This document shows, piece by piece, positions 36,896 to 47,900 of a DNA stretch of 64,000 bases; the stretch's first letter is position 1, and each line of letters opens with the position of its first letter. Made by a program: the position numbers and the translations under genes. The notes under the pieces are model-generated. The model made no database searches. It had not been told where the DNA came from and saw nothing but the letters and a program-made list of their open reading frames with translations. The stretch comes from Pirellulales bacterium (GTDB lineage: Bacteria; Planctomycetota; Planctomycetia; Pirellulales; JANQPP01): contig JANQPP010000109.1 in the NCBI GenBank assembly GCA_028289405.1, forward strand, positions 5,128 through 69,127, written 5' to 3'.

Positions 36896-37705
36896 ATGAT
36901 CCGACGCCCCGGTAAGACGAGCATCCTCCGGCCAGCCATGGCCGGAATGCTGTTGGTGTTGGGGTTCGCAGCAGTATGGTTTATCCGCCGTGACGATTCC
37001 CTGCGCTTGTCGTTGGGCCAGGTGCAAGTCACCTTTCGCCAGTCCTTGAATTGGTCGCTTACGGAACTGCAACTCGCGGACGTACCGTTGATGGCCACCC
37101 GCTCTGGCAATGGGGTGGTGCTGCGGGATGCCAGTGGCGTCTGGCACGGCGCGACGCATGGCGAAGAAGAACTGCTGGAAGCGCAACTCCTCGTCGATGG
37201 CAAAGCGGTACCTTTGGAACCTGGCCGGCACTATCACGGCCGCCAAATGAAATTGCGCCGCCGCCTCCGCTTTCCCGCATGTGGTACGGTCGAACACGTG
37301 CTGATCGCGCGAGAAGGTTTGCTGCGCGAGGAGTTTTCACTCGACCTGGAGCCCGCGAGTGAGCCGCCGCGCACGATGTATGGCTATCTGGGAACCCGCG
37401 CCAACCGCCTCACCTCCTGGGAAGCTCAGGACGCATCCGAAATATCGCTGGCGTCCGGGCGAACGGCGAACGACGACGACACCATGCCCAGCCTGCCGGA
37501 AGAGGCCACGACCGTCGTACAACGGGATCCGGATCGAGGCGTGTGGCTACGCACGGAATGGGACGTTCCCGAAGATGCCCGACCCAGGGCCTTTATCTGG
37601 GATCGGGATCAGGACAATAAGCTTTATGTCCGTTTCGAAGGCGTGGAGCAAGGTAGTGTCACTCGGTTGAATTATGCAGTGACCACGACCTGGCGAACCC
37701 CATAA
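36896..37705 (+). CDS. Membrane-anchored hypothetical protein
   Basis: MIRRPGKTSILRPAMAGMLLVLGFAAVWFI anchor. Codon usage looks coding. No motif recognised. Confidence 0.5.
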   Translation: MIRRPGKTSILRPAMAGMLLVLGFAAVWFIRRDDSLRLSLGQVQVTFRQSLNWSLTELQLADVPLMATRSGNGVVLRDASGVWHGATHGEEELLEAQLLVDGKAVPLEPGRHYHGRQMKLRRRLRFPACGTVEHVLIAREGLLREEFSLDLEPASEPPRTMYGYLGTRANRLTSWEAQDASEISLASGRTANDDDTMPSLPEEATTVVQRDPDRGVWLRTEWDVPEDARPRAFIWDRDQDNKLYVRFEGVEQGSVTRLNYAVTTTWRTP

Positions 37706-37753
37706 TGTTCGCCTCCGGCTTGGTGAGCCGCGCGACTCTTTGCGATTAAACCC

Positions 37754-38638
37754 CTACGGCTCCACCAAGCCTTCGCGAATGGCGAACCGGCTCAACAAGA
37801 CGCGGTCGCCGAGTCCCAGCTTTTTCATGATGCGGTATTTGTGACCATCCACCGATTTCCGCGAAAGCTGCGTTTTGCTGGCGACCATTTTGAGGCTGTC
37901 CCCCAACGCAAGCAGGCGGAGAATTTGCAACTGAAGTTCAGAGAGGGAATCGATCGCCGTCCCACATTTCAGTCGGTACTGTCCCGCTTTGGAGTCATAG
38001 GAAAGCCGTGCGGCGATCGAAGGCGAGAAGCTCCACAACCCTTGGGCCGTCCGTTTAGCGTGCCGCAAGATCTCGGTAACCGGTTCTTCTTCGAGGACAA
38101 TTCCCTTCGCGCCAGCGGAGAGTGCTTGTTGCAGGTAGATATCGGAAGCCTTGGCGGTGACAAAGACCTGTTTTGCGCGTGGCAGCCCCTCGCGGATCTG
38201 GGCGGCGAACTTCAAAGCCCTTCCCAACGGTGCGGATTCCAAAATGATCACGTCCGGCGTGGCGCCGATCAATGTTTCCGGGCAGGCGTCGGCGAATAGG
38301 CTAGCGTAGACCAATTTCAAACTGAAATCCGCCCGGCACCCGGCCTGCAACGCATCGCGGCAGGCGTGGCACCGGCCGATCCAGGCCACGTTGGTATGAG
38401 TCAAGGGCTCCACGACTGGCTTTTTTCCAAACAAGATCGCGTCACGTGCTAGAAAGTTGACGGCGGCGACGGGCGCCCTTGCCATGGCTACTCTTGTGAG
38501 ACATGGATCCGAGGTCTGATTCCCATCCAGAGCAATAGATTTCATCGGAATCCCAATCGCGGTTTCGCCATGAGAGAATTTCTGATTCGACTGAGCGATT
38601 TCCCGCACTTCTTCCGCTGCAACGCCTCGATTTTGCAT
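37754..38638 (-). CDS. LuxR/FixJ-type transcriptional regulator with atypical receiver-like domain
   Basis: C-terminal HTH LSELQLQILRLLALGDSLKMVASKTQLSRKSVDGHKYRIMKKLG. The central region resembles a receiver (PDVIILESAP...VFVTAKASD...ALSAGAKGIVLEE) but has Glu where the phospho-Asp is expected. Start is uncertain. Confidence 0.75.
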   Translation of the reverse strand: MQNRGVAAEEVREIAQSNQKFSHGETAIGIPMKSIALDGNQTSDPCLTRVAMARAPVAAVNFLARDAILFGKKPVVEPLTHTNVAWIGRCHACRDALQAGCRADFSLKLVYASLFADACPETLIGATPDVIILESAPLGRALKFAAQIREGLPRAKQVFVTAKASDIYLQQALSAGAKGIVLEEEPVTEILRHAKRTAQGLWSFSPSIAARLSYDSKAGQYRLKCGTAIDSLSELQLQILRLLALGDSLKMVASKTQLSRKSVDGHKYRIMKKLGLGDRVLLSRFAIREGLVEP

Positions 38639-38763
38639 CCAGGTCGTTAGTCGTCATAATCGGCAATCTCCACGGCGCGGCGGTGTTCTCCGCCGCACGA
38701 TTTAGAGTACGATTCAGCAAGTGAAGTGAACCGCGTGTCATCGCCCGTTGAAGGAAGCTCGAA

Positions 38764-40890
38764 ATGAATCTCGGATCTGCCGTCAGCCTGGCTCTGTTGA
38801 TCACCACCGCACCGCCGCCGACCGCCCGTGAGGCCGTCACGGACACGTATCACGGGACCCGCGTCACGGACGATTATCACTGGCTGGAAGATTGGGAAGC
38901 GGAAGAGGTGAAGCAGTGGACGGAAGCCCAAAACCGCTATGCCCGCGGCGTGCTCGACGAGTTGCCGAATTTGGACGCGATTCGCCAGCGGGTGAGCGAG
39001 ATCATGTCCGCGGAGACCGTCAGCTATGGCGGCCTGAAATACCGTGGCGGGAAATTGTTCGTCATGAAGCGGCAGCCGCCCAAACAACAGCCGTTCCTGG
39101 TCGTGATTGCCGATATCCTCTCGATGAGCGAGGAGCAGATCCTCTTGGACCCGAATGCGCTCAGTGCCGAAGGTTCGACCTCGATCGATTGGTTCGTGCC
39201 CTCTCCTGATGGAAAGCTAGTGGCCGTGTCGCTCTCCACGGGCGGCAGTGAAGCGGGCGACTTGCATGTGTATGACACCTCTACGGGAAGGCAGGTCCAT
39301 GAAGTCATTCCCCGCGTGAATACGGGGACTGCTGGTGGGGACTTGGCCTGGCTTCCTGACGGGAGTGGCTTTTTTTACACGCGGCATCCCCGAGCAGGTG
39401 AACGTCCGCCGGAAGACATGAACTTCTATCAGCAGGGCTACTTCCACCAGCTCGGCACGCCAACGGAGCAAGATCGCTACGAAATCGGCCAGGATTTCCC
39501 GCGCATCGCGGAAATCGAATTCGAAATGAATGACGACAACGGCTGGCTGCTGCTGACCGTGCAAAACGGAGACGGCGGCGAGTTCGCACATTATGTCCGC
39601 TTCCCTGAAGGTTCCTGGATCCAAGTCAGCGAATTCTCGGACAAGACCGTGCAGGCCATCTTTGGCCCGGAGCAAGACCTCTACCTGATCTCCCGCGAGG
39701 ATGCACCTCGGGGAAAGATCGACCACATGGAGCTTCGCGAGGGCGAGATCGGCCAGCGAAAGACAATCGTGACCGAGAGTGAAGACACCGTGGTCACCAG
39801 CTTCTATGGCAGCCCGCCGAGTTTGCTGCCGACCAAGTCCCGGCTCTTCGTGACCTATCAGTTGGGCGGTCCCTCGGAGATTCGCGTCTTCGATCATCAG
39901 GGAAACCGTTTGCCTGGGCCGGAACAACTTCCCGTCTCCGCCGTGGGCGGTCTGGAACTGATGGAGGGAGATGACGTCTTTTTTTCGAACGGTTCGTATA
40001 CCCAGCCATTCGCTTATTACTTGTACCGGCCCGAGGAAAACGAAACCACGCGGACACCATTCGCCTCGACTTCCCTCGTCGATATGAGCGACGTTACGGT
40101 CGTGCGTGAATTTGCTACGTCCAAGGATGGTACGCGCGTGCCAGTCAACATCTTGTTACCGCCCGGCGTGAAACGGGACGGTTCGAATCCGACCCTAGTG
40201 AACGGCTACGGCGGTTACGGCATCAGCCTGACGCCACGCTACCAGCCCGTGATCAAAGTGCTCTTGGAACAGGGAGTGATCTTCGCCGTCGCCAACCTGC
40301 GCGGCGGTGGTGAGTATGGTGAACAGTGGCACCAGGAGGGAAACCTCACCAACAAACAAAACGTGTTCGATGATTTCGCGGCCGCCTTGCGGCACATGAT
40401 CGATCGTGGCTATACGAAGTCGGACAAGCTGGCCATCGAAGGTGGCAGCAACGGCGGCCTGCTGATGGGCGCCCTCCTCACGCAACATCCCGGCCTCGTG
40501 AAATGCGTCGTCTCGCATGTCGGCATCTACGACATGCTCCGCGTGGAGCTATCCCCCAATGGCAGCTTCAACATTCCCGAATTTGGCACGGTCAAAAACC
40601 CCGAGCACTTCCAGGCCATGCACGCCTACTCCCCATATCACCGCGTGCGGGACGGGCAAGACTATCCGCCTACTTTGTTTCTCACCGGCGTGAACGATCC
40701 GCGCGTCGATCCGATGCAATCCCGGAAGATGACCGCCCGGCTACAGTCCGCGACTGGACCGGACGGCCTGATTTTGCTGCGAACCAGCTACGATTCGGGG
40801 CATGGCCGAGGGACACCGCTATTAGAACGCATCGCGCAAGAGGTGGACGTCACGGCATTTCTGTTTCAGCAGCTCGGCGTGGAAATGTAG
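38764..40890 (+). CDS. Prolyl oligopeptidase (peptidase S9A)
   Basis: DDYHWLEDW N-terminal signature, a beta-propeller middle region, catalytic GGSNGGLLMGA, and DPRVDP...GHG C-terminus. Confidence 0.9.
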   Translation: MNLGSAVSLALLITTAPPPTAREAVTDTYHGTRVTDDYHWLEDWEAEEVKQWTEAQNRYARGVLDELPNLDAIRQRVSEIMSAETVSYGGLKYRGGKLFVMKRQPPKQQPFLVVIADILSMSEEQILLDPNALSAEGSTSIDWFVPSPDGKLVAVSLSTGGSEAGDLHVYDTSTGRQVHEVIPRVNTGTAGGDLAWLPDGSGFFYTRHPRAGERPPEDMNFYQQGYFHQLGTPTEQDRYEIGQDFPRIAEIEFEMNDDNGWLLLTVQNGDGGEFAHYVRFPEGSWIQVSEFSDKTVQAIFGPEQDLYLISREDAPRGKIDHMELREGEIGQRKTIVTESEDTVVTSFYGSPPSLLPTKSRLFVTYQLGGPSEIRVFDHQGNRLPGPEQLPVSAVGGLELMEGDDVFFSNGSYTQPFAYYLYRPEENETTRTPFASTSLVDMSDVTVVREFATSKDGTRVPVNILLPPGVKRDGSNPTLVNGYGGYGISLTPRYQPVIKVLLEQGVIFAVANLRGGGEYGEQWHQEGNLTNKQNVFDDFAAALRHMIDRGYTKSDKLAIEGGSNGGLLMGALLTQHPGLVKCVVSHVGIYDMLRVELSPNGSFNIPEFGTVKNPEHFQAMHAYSPYHRVRDGQDYPPTLFLTGVNDPRVDPMQSRKMTARLQSATGPDGLILLRTSYDSGHGRGTPLLERIAQEVDVTAFLFQQLGVEM

Positions 40891-40965
40891 CCAGAAACAT
40901 TTCGAAAGATTTGACCGAAACCGATGCGTGTCGGACCTCCTCACACACGATGGAAAGCTTGACTC

Positions 40966-41943
40966 ATGCTGGCAGGCCACATCACGGCACCGGAAAGGAT
41001 CGAACTGGTCGATATCCCGGAGCGACACCTGGATCCCGCCCGACCGGGAGAAATCCTGTTTCAACCGGAATTGGCCTGCCTATGCGGATCGGATCTGCCC
41101 TATTTCGACGGCGAATACGGACCCTATCCGCTGGAGATCGGCTATTCGCTGCATGAAATGATCGGCACGGTGGTCGAGACGACGGGGGAGAAATTCCGCC
41201 CCGGTGACCGCGTGCTGGCCGTGCCGTGGAGGCAACACGGCTTCTTCGAGCGGTTTCCCCTCACCCAGGAGCGGGCCATTCCCTTGGATCCCCGCCCCGA
41301 GCCGGCGCACGCACTGCTCGCCCAACCGCTGGGCACGGTGCTCTATGCGCTCAAGAAGGTGGGGAGCGTGCTGGACAAAGACGTCGTGGTCCTGGGGCAG
41401 GGTCCAATTGGGCAGATGTTCTGCGCGGTGCTCCGCAATTTGGGAGCGAGGCACATCATCGCCGTGGAGCCCGTGGAAAGCCGCCGCCGCGGTAGTGAAC
41501 TCGGCGCGACGCATGTACTTCACCCGGAAGAGGACAACGTGCCCGAAGCGGTGGCGGATATCACGCGGGGGCACTTAGCGGACCTGGTCGTGGAGGCGGT
41601 CGGGCATCGGCACCACGTATTCAATGCCTGCGCCAAAATGTGCCGTCACGCGGGCGAGATTTTGGTGTTCGGCGTACCTCCCGAAAAAATCCACGATGTC
41701 GCGTGGCTAGAACTGTTTCGCAAAAACATTACGATCCATACCAGCGTCGATCCCGATTTCGCGCGGGATTTCCCCTTAGCGATGCAATGGATTTCCGAGG
41801 GCCGAATCGATCTGCGGAGCCTGCTCACGCACCATTTTCCCGTGTCCGAGATCCAAACCGCGTTCGAGACCTTTCAACGGAAGCGAGAAGGCGCGCAGAA
41901 GGTCTTGTTGGAGTTCCCCAGCTATCCAGGGAGTTTTTCATAA
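40966..41943 (+). CDS. Zinc-dependent medium-chain alcohol/sorbitol-type dehydrogenase
   Basis: CLCGSDLPYF, GHEMIG-like LHEMIGTV, and VLGQGPIGQM Rossmann motif. Confidence 0.85.
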   Translation: MLAGHITAPERIELVDIPERHLDPARPGEILFQPELACLCGSDLPYFDGEYGPYPLEIGYSLHEMIGTVVETTGEKFRPGDRVLAVPWRQHGFFERFPLTQERAIPLDPRPEPAHALLAQPLGTVLYALKKVGSVLDKDVVVLGQGPIGQMFCAVLRNLGARHIIAVEPVESRRRGSELGATHVLHPEEDNVPEAVADITRGHLADLVVEAVGHRHHVFNACAKMCRHAGEILVFGVPPEKIHDVAWLELFRKNITIHTSVDPDFARDFPLAMQWISEGRIDLRSLLTHHFPVSEIQTAFETFQRKREGAQKVLLEFPSYPGSFS

Positions 41944-41952
41944 ACCGCGAAA

Positions 41953-41980
41953 GGTGGGCCAGCGTGTCCGCTGACCCACC
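41953..41980. terminator. Hairpin between convergent genes (GGTGGG-C-CAGCG-TGTC-CGCTG-A-CCCACC)
   Basis: Read directly. It is an 11-bp interrupted stem in the 56-bp gap between the dehydrogenase stop (41943) and the giant-gene stop (42000). There is no clear U-tract. Confidence 0.45.
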
Positions 41981-41999
41981 GTCGGATCCCGCTTCGGTC

Positions 42000-44900
42000 T
42001 TACACGCCGAAATCTTCATCCCAAGCTGCCCAAAGATCATCCTGCTCGGGCGATTTTGCCGAGGCCATGGCTCCGCTCGTGGGCATCGCGTCCTGGGATT
42101 TCATCGCCGAGGTTTTGAGAGAAGTATCGACCACGTGCGAGGATTCCCGTGTGATGGCCACAGCCAACAAAGCCGATTCCAAGCCATCTTCCTCCGCTTC
42201 CATGACGGGCTTTCCATCATCTTCATACAGCGTGCCCATGGCGGCGTCCCGGGCCGTGGGCGCCGCCGCCGGCATTTCTTCCACCATGGCCGCTTCCTGA
42301 GCAGCCGCTGGTATGGCTACCATCGTCTGGAGGCGGTCTTTGGCGAAGATGAAGTCACGCAAGTCGGATGCACCATCACCGTTGAAGTCTCCCGCCTCGC
42401 GAGACGCTTCCGGTGAAGCGGGAACGGTCGTGGCGATGGAGGTCGCGAGGCTGCCGACTTTGGACCAGATCTCGTCCGCTCCCGTGATGAGCGCGTTGCC
42501 CGCCGCGTCCACGATGCCGGAATTTCGGCTCTTGAGCGAGAGGAAGTACGGACCATCGACATCGGTGATGGTGGCCAAGCCGCTCAGCGTGAAGGTCTGG
42601 TTGTTGGTCGTGGACAAGATCTGCTGGTTCGTCAAGATGTTCGTGGGACCTTCCAGTACGCGCGACAGACTGAGGTCGGAAATATCAAAACCGAACACTG
42701 GCTCGGTGAACACAATCACGATGGACGAAACCGCCGTGCTGATCGGATCGGGCGTGACATTCACGATATCGACCGTGGGGGGTGAGGTATCCCCGCCGGA
42801 GGATTGTCGAGTCCAAGTCTCCACGGCGGTATTCGCCAAGGGGTTGCCCGACAGGTCACGGATTCCTGTGCCCGTGGCTGCCAAGGTGAGCGTGTATTGC
42901 CCGACCGAGGCGGTAACGCTGGAAAGCCCCGTAAGGCGATAGCGGATGTTGTCCGTCGTGGTCAGCAATTGCTGTCCCGTGAGCAGATTTCCCGCGTTGT
43001 CGTTCGCGAGGTCGAGTACCAGATCCCCCAGATCGAAGCCGGTGACCGGCTCGCTGAAGACAATCTCGATCGTGTTGACGGCCGTGTTGGTCGGGTCGGG
43101 GGTGACATCCACGATATCCGCCGTGGGGCTTCCGCCTTGGCCGACGCCGGTTTGTGTCCAGACCTCCACGGCACTATTGGAAAGTGCGTTCCCCGCCAGA
43201 TCGGTGATGCCGGCTCCAGCCCGGTTGAGCGTGAGGGTGAATTGACCATCGCTATTGGTGAGGTTGCCCAGGCCGCTTAGCGTGAACGTGCGGTTATCGC
43301 CCGTTTGCAGGGTTTCCGAACCAGTGAGTAGGTTGCCGGCCCCATCGTTCGCTTTGTCGAGAACCAGATCGTCTAGGCCAAAACCGGATACGGGCTCGCT
43401 GAACACGATCGTGAGCGTGGTCACGGCGGTGTTAATCGGATCGGGGAAGACATCGATAATGTCCACGCTGGGCGGAGTGGTGTCACCGGGAGAGACTCCG
43501 GTTTGCGTCCAAGCTTCGCTCGCGCCGGTCGCCAAGGCATTACCGGAGAGATCGACAATGCCCGAACCGCTCGAATTGAGCGAGAGCAGGTATTGTCCGT
43601 CGATGTTGGTCAGCGGAGAAATACCTGAGAGGGTGAAGGTTTGGCTGTCCGTCGTGGTGAGGACCTCGTTCCCGGTAAGCAGGTTGGCCGCGCTGGTCGT
43701 GATGCGAATGAGCGACAAATCGGTCAAATCGAAATTGAGCACCGGTTCACTGAATACGATGTCCAGGCTAGTGACGGCGGTGTTCCGTGGGTCAGGGAAG
43801 ACATCCACGATATCGACCGTGGGTGGCGTCGTATCCCCGCCGCCACTGCCGCCGGTTTGCGTCCAAATCTCCGTGGCATTGGTGATCATGGCGTTGCCGG
43901 CCGCGTCCACAATGCCGGAGCCGCTGGCCCGCACGGTCAGCCGGTACTGCCCATCAAGCTGCGTGAGCCCGCTCAGGCCGCTCAGCAGGTAGGTGCGGTT
44001 GTCCGTGGTGGTGAGCGATTCGGAGCCCGTCAGCAGGTTGGCATTGCCTTGGGTGAGCCGCGACAACTCCAGATCCAAAATGTCGAAACCGAAGACTTGT
44101 TCGCTAAAGACGATTTGCAGCGAGGAGATGCGAGACGTCGTGGGATCGGGGACCACATCCACGATATCGGCCACCGGAGGCGTCGTGTCGCCGGTTACTC
44201 CCGATTGAGTCCATACGTCGCTGGCGCTGTTGGCCAGGTCATTGCCAGCCAAATCACGGATGCCCGATCCATTACTCACGAGCGACAGAACATAGGTGCC
44301 ATCGACATTCGTGACGCCTTGCAAGTTGCCGAGCGTGTAAGTCTTGCCGTCCGCACTGCTCAATGTTTGCGAATTCGTCAGTAGGTTGAATCCACTTCCA
44401 GTGCGGGTCAGCGAGAGATCCGCGAGTTCAAAGCCGGTCACGATTTCGCTGAATTCAATCTGGATCGAGAAGACTGCCGTATTTCGCGGATCGGGGAAGA
44501 CGTCCACGATATTGACCGAAGGAGGCGTTTGGTCGTTGCCGACTCCTGATTGCGTCCAGACTTCGAAGGCTCCCGTCAGCAGGGGGTTGCCAAAGAAGTC
44601 CGTGATACCGGAGCCACTCGCCACAAGTGAAAGCGTGTATTGGCCATCGGTGCCCGTGAGCGGGCTGAGATTATTCAAGAAGAATGTTTGGTTGTCCGAC
44701 GAGACCAACGTTTGCTGATTGGTGAGCAGGTTCCCTTGGGCGTCGTTCGACTTGTCGAGCACGAGGTCGCCCAGATCGAATCCGGTCACCGGTTCGTTAA
44801 AGACGATTTGTAGCGTGGTCACGGGAGTATTGATCGGATCGGGCACGATGTCCACGATGTCCACCGTGGGGGAACTGCCGCCACCGAGATTGGTTTGGGT

Positions 44901-47900
44901 CCAAACTTCCAGGGCATTTCCGAGGAGATTATTTCCCGCCAGATCGGTGATGCCCGAACCACTCGCGGTGAGCGTGAGCCGATATTGGGCATCCACGTTG
45001 GTCACGGGAGACAGTCCGCTTAGGAAGTAGGTGCGGTTGTCGTTGGTCGTGAGCGTCTCGCTTCCAGTCAGCAGATTGATACTAGAACTGCCTGAACGCG
45101 TGAGCCGCAGATCCGCCAGATTGAAGCCGACCACGGTCTCGCTGAAACGGATCTCCAGTGAATTCACACTCACGTTGATCGGATTGGGGACCACATCCAC
45201 GATATCCGCGGTCGGCGGCGTGGTATCCCCCGTACTGCCCGAACGCGTCCAAGATTCCGTCGCCCCGATTTGCAGCAGGTTCCCGGCGAGGTCTCGAATG
45301 CCGGAGTTGGCCGCGGCGAGCGACAGGGAATATTGGCCATTGGCGTTTGTCAGTCCGCTGAGGCCGCTGAGGATGAAAGTGCGGTTGTCCGACGTGGTCA
45401 GGTTCTCTAGGCCGGTGAGAAGGTTGCCCTTCGTGTCGTTGATATTGTCGAGGATCAAGTCATCGATGCCGAACCCGGTTACCTGCTCGTTAAAGACGAT
45501 CGTCATCGAACTGACCGGAGTCGTGCGGGGGTCGGGCGTGACATCTACGATATCGACCGTGGGAGGCGTGGTGTCTCCGCCGCCACCAAGCCCAACCTGA
45601 GTCCAGTTGTCGAAGGCGTTCGTAGTGAGGGCATTGCCCGCCAAGTCGCGAATGCCGGAACCTTGCCCGATGAGCGAGAGAATGTATTGCCCATCAGTGG
45701 CGGTCGCGGCTTGCAGTCCCGAGAGCGTGAAAGTGCGGTTGTCCGTCGTGGTCAACGTTTCGTTGCCGGTGAGCAGATTCGTCGCGTTGTCGAAAACGCG
45801 ATCCAGGAACAGGTCGGACACATCAAAGCCGGTCACGGGCTCGGAGAAGACGATTTGAATGGACGACACCGAGGTATTTCGCGGATCGGGGAACACATCG
45901 ACGATGTTCACCGTGGGGGAAATCGTATCGCCAGGCAATCCTTGTTGCGTCCAAGTTTCCACGGCGTCGCTTAACAGAGGGTTGCCGCCGAGATCCGTGA
46001 TGCCGGAATTCGCGGCCCGCACCGTCAGCCTGTATTGACCATCACCGGCGGTGAGGGCATCGATACCGCTGAGGGTGAAGACCACGTTGTCCGTGGTGGT
46101 TAGAGATTCATTTCCGGTCAGTAGGTTTCCGAGACCGTCGTTCGTCTTGTCGAGAATCAAATCGTTCAGATTGAAACCGAGCACGGGCTCGGAGAAGACG
46201 ATTTGCAGCGACGTGATCCGGGCATTAATCGGATCCGGCGTGACGTCAATGATGTCCGCCGTGGGGTTGTTGGGATTAATGATGCCGGTTTGGTTCCAGA
46301 CTTCGTTGGCGCTATTGGAAAGCGGGTTGCCCGCGAAGTCAGTGATGCCTGAGCCGAAGGCGAACAGCGTCAAATTGTACTGACCGTCCGCGTCGGTGAT
46401 GGGAGCCAGACCGCTGAGCGTGAACGTCCGGTTGTCAAACGTCGAGAGGGTTTCGTTCCCCGTGAGCAAGTTGGGCGTGCTGTCGGAGACGCGGAACAAA
46501 CCCAAGTCGGTTAAATTGAAGCCGACGACCGGTTCGCTGAACACGATTTGCATCGAAGTCACGGGCGTGCTGCGCGGATCGGGCGTGACATTCACGATAT
46601 CCACGCTAGGTGGCGTGGTGTCTCCACCGCCACCTAGCCCTTGTTGCGTCCAGGATTCGAAGGCGCTGCTCAAGAGCGGATTGCCGGCGAAGTCCACGAT
46701 GCCGGAACCGGAGGCGATCAGTGACAGCGAGTAGAGGTCGTCCGTGCTGGTCAGCGGTCCAATGCCGCTCAAAGTGAAGAGACGGTTGTCGAGCGTGGAG
46801 AGCGTTTCGTTCCCCGTCAGCAAATTCAGCGACGGGCTGCCGGTGCGCGTCAGCCGCAAGTCGGAGAGGCTGAAGCCCAAGATCGGTTCGCTGAAGGCAA
46901 TTTGCAGTGAGGTCACGCTCACGCCGATCGGATCGGGGACCACGTCCACGATATCGACCGTGGGAGATATCGTGTCTCCGCCGCCTCCACCGGATTGCGT
47001 CCAGGATTCAATCGCGCTGGTTTGAAGCACATTGCCAAACAAGTCCGTGATCCCCGAACCGCCCGCGATCAGGCTCAACGTGTACTGCCCGTTGCCCACC
47101 GTGAGCGGTTGCAGTCCCGACAGGGTGTAAACTTGGTTGTCCGTGGTGGTCAGAGACTGCGCGTTGGTAAGCAAATTCCCCTGATTGTCGTTGGCCTTGT
47201 CCAACACCAAGTCGGAAATCCCGAATCCCGTGACCGGCTCGCTAAAGACGATTTGCAGCGAGGTCACCGGTTGGGTCGTAGGATCGGGGAAGACATCCAC
47301 GATGTCCACCGTGGGCGGCTGATTGTCGTCCTGGATGTTCTGCTGCAGCCACTCCTCGCTGGCATTGTTGCCGAGCGGATTGCCCGCGGCGTCAGTAATC
47401 CCCGAGCCAGCAGCGCGGAGTGAAAGGAAGAATTGGCCGTTGGTCCGCGTGAGCGGCGCCAAACCGGAAAGCGTGAAGCGGATATTGTCCGACGTGGTCA
47501 GCGATTCCGTGCCGGTGAGCAGATTTCCACGATTGTCCAGAGCTTTGTCCAGGAACAGGTCGGACACCGTGAAGCCCGTCACCGGCTCACTGAACACGAT
47601 TTCGATGGACGTTACCGGGAAATTGGTCGGGTCGGGACTGATGTCGACGATGTCCACGGTGGGTGGCGTGGTATCGACCGAACCAATGTTCTGCTGCGTC
47701 CACGTTTCGAAGGCATTCGCCAGCATCGCGTTGCCCGCCGAGTCCTGAATGCCGGAATTGGCGGCCAGGAGCGACAGCGTGAACTGGCCGTTGGAATTGG
47801 TGATTCCGGAGATTCCGCTCAACACGAAACGGCGATTGTCCGAGGTGCTTAGTGTTTCGTTCCCGGTGAGCAAGTTGCCCTGCCCGTCCCCCGCCTTTTC

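Noticed and set aside
36668-37297. 209-aa minus-strand ORF overlapping the end of the peroxiredoxin-like gene and the start of the next gene
   Set aside because: It conflicts with two plus-strand genes that have a coherent signal/anchor sequence and coding-like codon usage. Its product is Arg/Ala/Pro-rich with no motif.
40180-40190. GGTTCGAATCC, the consensus tRNA T-arm sequence
   Set aside because: It lies in frame inside the prolyl oligopeptidase gene (..DGSNPT..). I could not find acceptor, D-arm or anticodon-arm pairings around it.
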